A stretch of DNA of 64,000 nt. Source: Iphione sp. A-MEVVRFRX5 (Eukaryota). The translations under genes and the position numbers were made by a program. Below are positions 12,540-23,349 of the stretch, piece after piece. Position 1 is the stretch's first letter. Every line of letters begins with the position of its first letter. The stretch covers positions 64,790,001 to 64,854,000 of the forward strand of contig OZ320320.1 of NCBI GenBank assembly GCA_976226885.1, written 5' to 3'. A model generated the notes under the pieces. That model had not been told where the DNA came from, did not search any database, and worked only from the letters and a program-made list of their open reading frames with translations.

Positions 12540-13971
12540 GGAGGAATCACCCACCGGAGCACCGCGACCGCGAGGAAGGGGGACACGCCCTGCCCCCCGG
12601 GGGGGACACGTGGGACGTACCATTCCCCACGAGTGGTCCCCTGTGAGGGAAGACTCCAGCACTGAGGACGAGGAGGTGCAGCTCGGGGCGCATCGCGTGC
12701 CGCGGGGCCGCGTGCCGCGGGGCCGCAGCACCCCACCGTGCCGCAGCACCCCACTGCACCGCAGCACCCCACCGTGCCGCCGCACCCCTTTGCGCCGCAG
12801 CGGCACAGCACTGTCGGACGAAGACCACTCATCGAGCCGCAGCAGCAGTGAGGATTCTTCTATTCCCAGCGGGGCCGGCTCACCCCGTGGGAGGGGCAGT
12901 GACGACACCACGCCCGGAGCCCCCACCGGGGTAGGAGGACAGGCAGACGGAACGACGAACCCTCGCTACCCTGCTGCCCCGGCCCCCCCGCCGCCAGCAG
13001 CCCCGCCGGCCGGCCCTCCCCCACACAACCCGAGCCCGGCCGGGGGCGGACAGGGAAACGCCGTCCAGCTGATGCGGGGACTGATGGATGAGATCCAGTC
13101 CGCTCTCCGGCCTTCCACCCTGGTACCCCCGACACGCTGATTCCATGTCAAACCGGAATCCTTCAGTGGAGGAGTCCCCCTTGCGGAATACCTGCATCAC
13201 TTCTCCCTGGTGGCCCGGGCCAACCGATGGGACGAAGCGGAACAGGCGCTGCAACTCAGCGTGTGTCTCAGGGGCTCGGCACAATCCGCCCTCCGCTCAG
13301 CCAATGTGGATGTATCCGCTGAGGGAGCGTTCTCGACTATTGTCGAGACCCTGCGACAGAGGTTCCAGTCGGAGGATCGAGCCCAGTATTATGAGCAGGA
13401 GTTGAAACAGCGTCGCCAGAAGAAGGACGAGGATGTCCAGAAACTGGCCGAGGAAATTGAAAGATTGGTACGGCAGGCCTACCCGGAGGCCGAGGGCTCC
13501 TGGTTGGATCGAATGTGCAAGGATGCCTTCGTCTCGGCCCTCCGCGAAGAGCGTTGCCGGAGATGGGTCGTGCAAGCTAAGGCCCGGTCCTTTCAGGCAG
13601 CCATCTCGGAGGCGCTCTTGGCCGAGTCGTACCACCGCGCCAAGAAGGAGCGCAGCCCGGGGGCTGGGGCGACGCGTGTCCACGCGGCACAGGCCGAATC
13701 TCAAGAGGTGGCGGCGGCCAGCCACGACGCCAAGACAACGACCAGATTGGAGCGCATTGAGCAGCTCCTGTCCAAGCTACTGGAACAGCCCGCAACAACC
13801 GCTTCCCCCGTTAGGTGAGGCGGGAAGCGCGCGAACAATGAAGGATGCTTTTACTGCAAGGAGCCCGGGCACTTCAAGCGGGACTGCCCGGTGCGGAAGG
13901 CAGCCGAGAACATCGCCGACGTTGCTCCAACGCAGCCGGAAAACGAGAAGCCGCCCGCCCCGGCTCAGTAG
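12538..13971 (+). pseudogene. gag: Gag, 477 codons, interrupted by two in-frame TGA (13138-13140, 13816-13818)
   Basis: The track ORFs 12493..13140 and 13210..13818 are in the same frame. Reading through the stops gives KPESFSGGVPLAEYLHHFSLVARANRW (capsid-type motif) and the CCHC knuckle CFYCKEPGHFKRDC, ending at TAG 13969-13971. Confidence 0.88.
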
Positions 13972-13980
13972 GGCGGGCGG
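13938..13980 (+). promoter_or_regulatory. Probable -1 programmed ribosomal frameshift signal (gag-pol)
   Basis: G-GAA-AAC (13938-13944) in the gag frame, a 6-nt spacer, then a perfect 10-bp stem CCGCCCGCCC (13951-13960) / GGGCGGGCGG (13971-13980). Pol lies in the -1 frame. Confidence 0.75.
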
Positions 13981-15131
13981 CGTCCGATTCCGTACCACCC
14001 GGCCTGGGACCCCCCTTGGAGGCGATGGTCGCTGCCGTCGAGGGGGAGCCAAGGAGGGTACTGCAGGGAAGGAGGAGGACGGGGTGCCGGGGAGTATTGC
14101 TAGAGGGAGAAGTCGGCGGACAGGTGGTGGACTGGCTGGTGGACACAGGAGCCTCCGCTTCCCTCCTCTCGGCACGGACCTACCGAGAACTACAGGGGGT
14201 GTCGTTGGACCCGGCGGGGGCGCGAGTCTTCGGAGTGGATGGCAGCGCCCTACAAGTATTGGGGCTGGTGGATTGCGAAGTTCGGTTCGCAGGGGTCACC
14301 CTACAGGTGGTGGCCATTGTGGTAGAGATGGAGATACCGGGTCTACTTGGCTTGGACTGGCTGGATCGGTGGGCAGCAACAGTAGATAGGAGGGAGGCCA
14401 CGGTCACTGTTTGGCCTGGCAACCGTGAATGGGCGGCCACCCTGCGAGCCAGCGGCAGTCAAGAGATTCCTGCGGGAGGAATAGGCTGGGTTCAGGCGAA
14501 GGCGTGTCAAGGAGGGGTCGACTCTTTGGAAGGGTTGGCGGAGCCTGACGCCAGGTTCGAGTCACGCTCGGGGCTACGGGTGGCTCGCGCGCTGGTACGA
14601 TCTCAGGAGGGGAGGGTGTGGGTTCCAGTGTGGAACCCCGGCTCCCAGGCGACACGAGTCTTCGAGGGAACCCGGTTGGCCGAGCTCCGTCAGGTCGCCG
14701 CGGTGCTTGAACCACCCAGGGCTCCCCAGGAACAGGTGGAGGCAGAGCAAGAGCAAGCTGTAGAGTACTTGCTAGGGCAACTAGCGGTAGAGACCACCGA
14801 CCCGGAGCGGCAGCAGATAGCGGCCATGCTACGGCGCCATCGCGAGGTCTTCCAGACAGCCAGTGGTCCGCTCGGCCGTACCCCGGAAGTCCGACATCGC
14901 ATCGACACCCAGGGTCACCCACCCATTCGTCAACGAGCAAGGCGCCTCCCCCCTCACAAGAGGGAGGCAGTTCGCGCGGAGGTAGACAAGATGGTGCAGA
15001 AGGGGGTGCTGGAGCCCTCCACAAGTCCATGGGCATCTCCGTTGGTGCTCGTACAAAAGAAGGATGGGGGGCTACGGTTCTGCATCGACTATCGCAAACT
15101 CAACGCCATCACCAAGAAGGACGCGTTCCCC
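13942..15131 (+). CDS. pol: Pol N-terminal part: aspartic protease, spacer domain, start of RT
   Basis: LVDTGAS at about 14136; IEPSxSPWASP-like LEPSTSPWASPLVLVQKKDGGLRFCIDYRKLN. The frame is broken by an apparent extra C in the C-run at 15128-15131. Confidence 0.92.
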
Positions 15132-18100
15132 ACTCCCCCGGATAGACGACACCCTCGATGCTCTGCAGGGTAGCCAGTATTTTTCGGCGATCGACCTGGC
15201 CAGCGGTTACTGGCAGGTCGAGATGGAGCCGGCGGACGCCGAAAAGACGGCGGTATGCACCCTGAATGGCCTTTACCAGTTCCGGGTAATGCCGTTCGGC
15301 CTCTGCAACGCGCCCTCCACCTTTGAGCGGCTTATGGAGTCCGTACTGCGGGGCCTCGTGGGCACCGAGTGTTTAGTGTACCTCGACGATGTGATTGTCC
15401 TGGGCCGCTCGGTGGAGGAGATGTGCACCCGACTCGGCACGGTATTCCAGAGGCTGATTGAGGCCGGACTCCGCGTCAAAGCGTCCAAGTGTCAACTATT
15501 CCAGCGAGAGGTGGCATACCTGGGCCATCGGGTCTCGGCGGAAGGAGTGGGGGTCGACCCAGAGAAGATCAGGGCCGTCTCGCGATGGCCCCGCCCTCGG
15601 TGTGCAGCAGAACTTCGAAGCTTTCTAGGACTCTGCTCGTACTACCGCAGCTTTGTGGAAGGGTTTGCCACCCTAGCGGCACCCCTGCATGCCCTGGCTG
15701 GAGCAGAGCGGGAGTTTGAGTGGTCCCCGGCCTGTCAAGAAGCCTTCGAACAGCTGAAGGCCCGGCTGTCCACTACCCCCATCCTGGGTTATCCGACACC
15801 CTTGGGGCAGCTGCTCCTGGACACCGATGCTTCCGACACTGGCATCGGTGCGGTGTTGTCTCAAGTGCAGGAAGGGCGTGAGCGGGTGCTAGCCTACGCC
15901 AGCCCCACACTGACCCGCCCTGAGCGGAACTATTGCATTACGAGGAAGGAACTCTTGGCGGTGGTGTTCGCCCTCCGGAAGTTTAGATGCTATGTGGGGG
16001 GCCAGGCCATTGACATCCGCACCGACCACGATTCCTTGCACTGGCTGTGCAACTTCCACGAACCACAAGGTCAGCTGGCCAGGTGGTTGGAGGAGGTCTT
16101 CTGTCATGACCTCCGGATCACGCACCGGCCAGGCAAACGCCATGGTAACGCAGACGGACTATCACGGCAAGAATGCAAGCAGTGCGGCCGGCGAGACCTG
16201 GGGTCCGAGAGTGCGGCGGCAGTAGGCATCGCCGGAGTGGAGGGTGGTCCAGATGTGTGCCAGATGCAGAGGGCGGAACCGGCAACAGGCGAGCTCATCC
16301 AAGCGCTGGAGGAAGGGGGGCCCCTCCCTGGACTGCGGGCTGGATTGACCTGGGAAGAAAGACAGCTCAGAGCGGAAGGCCCGAGACTCGAGCTCCGATT
16401 GGGAGCACTGGTGCGCCTTTGGGAAGAGGAGGACCGGCAGAGGCTCCCTCAGACCTATGTCCCCCGGGCCATACGGAAGAGCCTCTGGCAGGAGACCCAC
16501 GCGGGCCCGGTGGGTGGCCACCTCGGTCCAGAGAAGACTGGAGCAGCGCTGCGCCGGCGCTGGTTTTGGCCCGGGATGTCGCGGGACGTTGCACGCTGGT
16601 CCCAGTGCTGTCAGGCATGCCAACAAAGGAAGGGGCCGGGGAGGCGCCACCGGGCCCACCTGCAAGGAAGCCCCGTGTCGGAGTCGTGGGAAGTGCTGGC
16701 GGCAGACATCTTGGGGCCGCTTCCTGTGACGGAGAGGGGAAACAGGTACATCCTGGTAGTGGCCAACCACTTCTCGAAGTGGACGGAGGCGTTCCCTCTT
16801 GAAGAGGCCACCGCGGCGGCCACAGCAGACATCATCGTTAGGGAAGTGGTCTGCCGTTTCGGCCCCCCACGGGTACTCCATTCGGACCAGGGCCGTAATT
16901 TTGAGGCGGCGCTGTTCGTGGAAGTACTACGACTCCTCGGGATAGAGAAATCCCGAACCACCCCCTACCACCCCCAGAGTGATGGGGTAGTCGAGCGATT
17001 TAATGGCACGTTGGGGAACATGCTGGGCACGCTAGCCGAGGAGCGCCGGAAGGACTGGGACCAAGCCCTGCCGTTCGTGATGGCCGCCTACCGGGCCACC
17101 CCCCACAACGCCACGGGGGAATCACCGAACCAGACGTTGTTGCACCGAGAGGTGACGCTGCCAGTGGAGCTGCACTATGGTGGCCCGGCCCCACCCCTGG
17201 TGGATCGTGGGGAATACGCGAGCCGGATAGCGGAAGAGGTCCGCCGGGCGCATGAGAAAGTAGCAGAGAAGCTGAGTCGTGCGGCAGCACAACAGAAGGA
17301 CTGGTACAACCGAGGGGTGAGGCACCAACGGTACGCCGAGGGCAACCGAGTCTGGCTTTTCACCCCGGCCCGTAAGAAGGGAATCTCCCCGAATTTGCAG
17401 AGTTGGTGGGAGGGGCCTTGGACCGTGGAGAAGGCGTTGTCCGAAGTGGTGTACCGAGTCAGCCGTGGACATCGGCACAGAGTAGTTCATGCAGACCGCC
17501 TGAAGATCGCCCATCTCGACCCCCAGGTGACGTGCGGCGTTCAGGAGGCTGCAGCGGCACAGGACGAGACGCAGCGGGCCCAGGAGGAAGCCGCGGGGCC
17601 GCACGGTTACGCCACGCCGCTAGAGGGCGCCGCAGCCGCATCTCAGCTTATAAAAGGCAGAGCGCTGGGCCCCACCCCGTCAACCGCAATACCGCACGCT
17701 TCGGCCGTTAGTCTCCAGGCGGCGCCAGGGGAGCCGCAGGAAGTTGCACCCGAGCGACACCACACGATCCACAGCGTCGTGATCCACGCAACACGTGTCG
17801 AGCGCCAACGGAACGCACCTAAGCCCCCCGACCAGAGAATATCGACCCGGGGCCGCGGCGACAGAAGAGGAGCCGCTGCCGCTGCCGCTCAACGTCTTAC
17901 TTCGACGAGGGATTCGCCGCGGCAGCACGAGGTAAGGAACCTACCATTGGTAGCGGCACACATGGGCGATAATCGGGGTAACGGGAGAAAGCCGCGCTGG
18001 GTGAGCGGCGAAGGTCGTGATGCACCCTTGTTTTTCGATGAAATGTGTGGTAAACCTGTCGCCGCTGCGGAGGGAACTACCTGGAACCGTTACTCTTATG

Positions 18101-21100
18101 GGTACCTTTCTTCCGCAGCTCGACTGGCGTGCTGCACGGGGGTGGACTGCAGCCGCACCATCCCCCTCCGACGTAGTCGCCGCAGGCTCGCACGCCCCAG
18201 TGAAGTCGACTCACCCCTGCCGCTCTGCGGCGATCTAGCGGGCAACCCGCCGCAGCCAGGGTGCCAGGGTACCGCAGCGGCACTACCCGGTGGCGACCAA
18301 CAGCGAGAGGATCGCCGCAGCACCCCAATCAGCGATCCACGCGAGAAGACCCGCAGTGCCGCAGAGGCTGACCCTACCCCACCGAAGCCGGTTCAGACCC
18401 GCAGTGCCGCTGCGGCCCTCGTCGACCCGTTACCGAGCGGCCGTGCGCCACCTGTAAACTGCGCCCCACCGGTGCCGCATCGCCGCAGTGACGACATGGC
18501 TGATGCACCAGAGGACGCCCCCCCACCCGACGCTGAGAGCGACGACTTGGGGTCCTCTGGCGGGGAAGAACCAGGTGCCCCGGAGGAGCGCCGCCACCGC
18601 TGCTCCCGCTGCGCATCCACGTTCGCACAGCCGTCCAACCTGCGCGGCCACCTGAAAGATGTGCACGCGCCTGAGGGATTGGGATGGTTGTGCCCCGACC
18701 CGGAGTGTGAACAACAAGCCTTCCACCGGTGCACCGACTGGAAGCGGCACCTGAATGGGGTCCACGAACCCAACGATTGGGCCCTAACAGTGGACCTCCA
18801 GTACTTACGGTTCTGGGGTCTCAACCCCACCTACGGGGAACCGCGTCTCTGCCCGGCCGACAAGGTGGAGATGCTTCAGCGAGCCCGGGCCCGAGAGAGG
18901 AAGAGCCGAGAAAAGGAGGTGCGTAGAGCGGCGGGTCGACTCCCGACGCACGGAGGGGCCTCCAAGCGAAGCAGCAAAAAAAGAGGACGCTCCGCTACGC
19001 CGGAAGAAGGTGGCGACAACCGAGTGGAGGGACTCTCAGTGGTCACCCCGGGAGCTGCAACCCAGCGGCAGCAAGGTCCCGAGGCCGGTTCGTCGGCTGA
19101 GCAGCCAGAGGACCAGGCGGAGCCACCGCCAGCACAGCCGTCGACGTCTACTGGCGCGTCGACCCCGTCGGGACCTAGAGCAGTTGGGGGAACCCGGAAG
19201 GTACGACGCCGACGGGGAGCGCCCACCCGACAACGGAGGGATCTCCCTCCCAGCTCGTCGGAAGAGAGTGCCCTGCCGTCCGCCCGGGCGCCAGGGGTGG
19301 TATCCCGGACGGTGTTGTCGGGCCCCTTGGGTGGGGAAGAGACCATGACCGGAGACGCCGACTGGAGTGGAAGCAGTTGCGCCGGACCCCCCCCGCCGCC
19401 CGCACCCACAGGGGCACCGGGACCGGATAAGGAAGTACCGCCACGCCCCCCCGGCGCCGAGGGCACCACTGCTGCTCTGGAGAGACGAGGGGCGGGCCGC
19501 TCAGTTGATGCCCCACACCGCGGGCCGCAGACCCCACTGGGTCCCCCGCCTAGCAGCAGCTCGGGCCGGGACTCTTCCACAGATGAGGCACGGCGCTTGG
19601 TGAAGGAGTGGGCGGCCAGCGTCCTCCGCAAGGAGGGGCCTGACCATCGCGCCCCCGGGCCTCCGGCATCGGCCATGCCCGACCTTCCGCCAGACAGCGA
19701 GGGAGGGGAGTCCCCCGTCTCCGGCCGGACGTCGGATCGCGGCACAGGAACCCCCGACGGGGCGGGTGACGGTGGCACCCCTTCCACGACCGAGCCGTCG
19801 CCCCAGGAAGCCCCAGGCCAGTACACTGGTTCCACGGAAGCCGCGACAGGAGATAGTCAGGGCAGTGGAGGGTCGGGACCCCCACCCCGCCTGGACCAGC
19901 GTTTGGCCACTCGCACGTATGCGAGACCACACCGCCCCCCCTCCCAAGAAGAGGAAAGACGGGATGCCCCCCCACCACGGCCAGAGGTAGCCACGCCCGA
20001 CAACATTGACCTACCTGCCGGGGCGTCGCATTATAAGGGACGCAGGCTATTCCTGGACTCAGCTAGTCAGACGTCGGCTGATGAGCCTCCCCCGCAACTT
20101 CAGGTGACCCTGCCCCGGGACACGACCATGGAGCCGAGGGGCGAGGGATTGTCCGGTCTCTCTGGCGCGGCGGGGACTCGCCAGGTGGGAGTGCGAGCGA
20201 CCTTCCGGGCCCCCCCTGCTGCCCGGTCCGTCGGGCTGTCACCCCCATGTCGCCTCCCTGGTATGGGCAGGGGTGCCCCCGACTGTCGCAGGGAGCCCAG
20301 GCCAGGGACTCCGTTTGGGGCGCCCTCGTGGGAAGAAGACGAACGCCGGCTGGACGAACGCCTAGGCGTAGGTTGGGAGCGGCCGGAGGAGGGAGACATA
20401 GTGGACCTTGTGACACCGCCCGGGTCCATCACACCATCGCCTGCCAAGAAGCCGAGATTGGGGGGGGCCACGGAGGCTGACCCAGCCGGGGAGCCCTTGA
20501 CCACAGGCCCGACCGAGACGCACGGGCCCACGAGCGAGGGGCGTTCCCCCAGGAAAGACGGTGAGGAGGAACAGGAGCTAGCGACCCTCTTTGAGGAGGA
20601 ATCTTCTGAAGAGGAGTCGGAGCCCCCCCCCGACGGCACAGCCCCGTGCCCGCGAAGCTCGCCCGTGCCGGACACTGATTCCCAGCCAACCATACCCACG
20701 GCACCAAGGGTGCCCATTGGGACCAGCGACGCGGATACGGTGGGAATTACGGCAAGACCGTCGGGAAGTTCGCGGCAGGAAGAGGTCCCAACTTCCGTTA
20801 CGCAGAAGGAGGCGGAGACGGAGGAGGGCCTGGGTGGCGGCGTGACATCCAAACCTACTGCCGCCGAGGGGGCCGGGCCAGCTCCCGACCCCACGACCAG
20901 TTCAGCCGCGAGCCCGACCATCGTAGGGGCATCGGTGGAGAGCCAGCAGAAAGTCCCAACCACCTCGGAGCGGAAAGGCGAAGAGGTGACAGTGGACCCA
21001 GGGCAGATTCACGAGCCCAGTGGGCCGACAGAGGACGAGCCGGCCACAACAGAGGGGGCTGGGCCAGCCACCAGCCCGGCGACTAGTCCGGCCATTAGTA

Positions 21101-22077
21101 CGACCCCCGAGGAAGTACCGGCCGGAAGTCGACAAGATGGCGCCACCGAGGAGACGGCGAGCCCCGAGCGACCTAGAGGGCCTAGAGGGCCAACGGAGGG
21201 GGTACGTCGGGCCTCTCCACTCCATCTCCAGCTGGTGCTGCCGCCCTCGCGGGGGAGAGGGAGCGGGTCCGCAGGGCTGACTCGGGGTCAGGGCACGTCC
21301 CCATCACCGGGGATAACTCGGCCGGAAGGACCCCTAAAGAAGCAAAGCGGGGCCGGCGTGACCTTGACAGCTGGAGAGACCACAAGGGGCCGCGGATGGG
21401 GGCCTCCTTCCACATCCACCCAGGGAACTCCAGGAGGCGAGGGAAGGGCGAGCCCCCGCGGAATAGCCCCCGTCAGGCCTTGGGAGGACCTAACGGCAGC
21501 AGCGCCGCCCGGAGGGTTCCCGCGCGGCCCGACACCGGGTCCTGGCCGCGGGGCACGCCCTCCCCGGGGCCCCTCCCTTGCGCTGGGGCCACCGGCGCTC
21601 CCTGGGGCAGGGGGGTGGGGGACGCGGCCAAACCCCCCCTCCGGCCCGCCCGCACCTCCCAGCGTACCTTGGTCGGCCCGGCCAACCCCTGGGACGGGAG
21701 CATCCCTGCAGGACGTATCGGGCTCGTCGGGAGCAGAAGAAGAGGTTCCGGCCGACGTGTACGTCTGGGCGGCATCACGGTTGGTGTCGCCGGAATCCAC
21801 CCTACCGCCCGGGTGGATGGTCATTTCCAACACCTCAGCTTTGGATGTGCAGGTGCTCACCGCCGGGCAAGTGAAAGTCGTCCTCCGGCAAACCATCACC
21901 TTCCGGCGGCTTGGGGTGCCGGTCCCCGGCAGCGAGTTGGCCACATGGTATGCCAACTACGGGACGGTACTGACACGGGGCTGCCCAGTGCGACTCCTGT
22001 CCACGTGGCGGGAGGAGCCCACCGCCGGGGGCAACGTGGAGGTACATATCCGAGAGTCGTGGACGGTTCACCTGTGA
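15132..22077 (+). CDS. pol: Pol C-terminal part: RT, RNase H, integrase, then an extension of about 1,520 aa with two C2H2 zinc fingers
   Basis: YLDD (15379-15390); DTDAS and RTDH (RNase H); HHCC and DILGP / HSDQG / VERFN (integrase D-D-E); WEGPW; VVHADRLK (to 17505). No stop until 22075-22077. Fingers at 18601-18666 and 18691-18765. Confidence 0.93.
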
Positions 22078-22245
22078 TTCTCAGAGACGGATATAGCTGA
22101 CGATTGGACTGCCCCTGGATTCGCGACATTACGAGGAATGTGTTACCGGACTCAGACGTCAGACCGCCCCAGGACCTGAGTGTGTTGAACAGTTACAGTT
22201 GCAGTTACGGTTGGGAAGCGAGTTGCTTGAGGACAAGCAACCTCT

Positions 22246-22258
22246 AAGGGGAGGGCAA
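22246..22258 (+). promoter_or_regulatory. Polypurine tract
   Basis: AAGGGGAGGGCAA lies immediately 5' of the 3' LTR. Confidence 0.85.
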
Positions 22259-22569
22259 TGTTGGAGCTACTGCGTGGCTGCGGCACCGTGGCACACGAGG
22301 GGTGCTGCGGCACAGTGGATTGGACTGGTAGGGTGCAGCGGCACGCCCCCGTGCGGCACTCGTAGGGGTGCTGCGGAGTAGGAGGGGTCCGGTACCCGGA
22401 TGCTGAAGAGACTGGGGTCGGGTATATAAGGGAGTTGGCCCACCCGGGCAGTTCAGATTACCTTTGGTGCTCACTGTTGGTGCTCACTGCTTATGCTCAT
22501 ATTGTTCTTACTGAATAAACCTCATTATCTTAACTGGAGTTATGTCTTACTTGCGGAGCGGACGTTACA
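22259..22569 (+). repeat. 3' LTR
   Basis: 311 bp; 308/311 identical to the 5' LTR; followed by the ATAT TSD. Confidence 0.97.
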
Positions 22570-23349
22570 ATATTATGCATTGAAACATAGAACAACTAAT
22601 CAAACCCAATGCAAACTTCGGCGTATGTGTGATCGTGTTTATTAAGTAAGAACAAAGGTAGACCCGTGCGTCAAAATCAACTGTCGCACATAATTTTGAA
22701 TCAAGTTATCTGATAGTTGCTCCTTCAGCTTGCTTGATTAGTCCTGCAATGTGTACGTAAAAGGCACGAAACGTGTCGCTGTGGCGTGGCAGGAATGAAA
22801 TATCCGTTCAAATTAGTCAAATTAAACTGGACACGGAATTCCTTTAGACTTGATATAGCCGTATCGAAACTTAATTGTTTATGACATGCTCATCGTACGT
22901 TTGCTTGCTCTAGACAGAATAAGAGTAGAAACGGTGTATTAATAGATGGCATACTCTTCTCTAATTCTTCTTGATATACTCATTATTCTTATTAGAAGGG
23001 ACATGAATTTGCTTCTTTTGAAATCAGTTGTACGCGTCTGCACGTTCCAAAGAGTTGGTGAGAATGGGAATCTTAATGAAATTGAATAAATGGACTTCCT
23101 TTGCTGTGTTTGAATTATGTATAATCTCCTCAAGCCTTTACATACCTCCAGGATACAGAGTACCATCAAATTGGATTAACTTTGATATACAAGTTAGAGA
23201 AGGGCTCCATATATTTCTCGGTGTCGTGTTAGTTTTTTGATGACATAGAATTAACATATGCAGCTACGAATATCGTATTTCATGAACGTTTATTCTCGGA
23301 TGTGACAGCAACCATTTAAGTCATAGTGCCAGGCTACTTATATCCTAAG

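Larger units (their letters stand above)
12210..22569 (+). mobile_element. Full-length Ty3/Gypsy LTR retrotransposon, 10,360 bp
   Basis: Two 311-bp LTRs with TG...CA ends; 4-bp TSD ATAT at 12206-12209 and 22570-22573; PBS and PPT present; gag then pol in PR-RT-RNaseH-IN order, which is the Ty3/Gypsy order. Confidence 0.97.

Noticed and set aside
12723-12794. CRISPR-like array
   Set aside because: Eukaryotic context, and a contiguous 18-bp tandem with no unique spacers; no CRISPR or rRNA features were seen anywhere in the window.
17506-22077. env gene as the explanation for the long 3' region
   Set aside because: No signal peptide, furin/fusion motif or transmembrane anchor; it is in frame with pol and carries C2H2 fingers.
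12516-22129. Many antisense and alternate-frame ORFs (up to 319 aa) within the Gypsy element
   Set aside because: Expected shadow ORFs of GC-rich coding DNA; no motifs.
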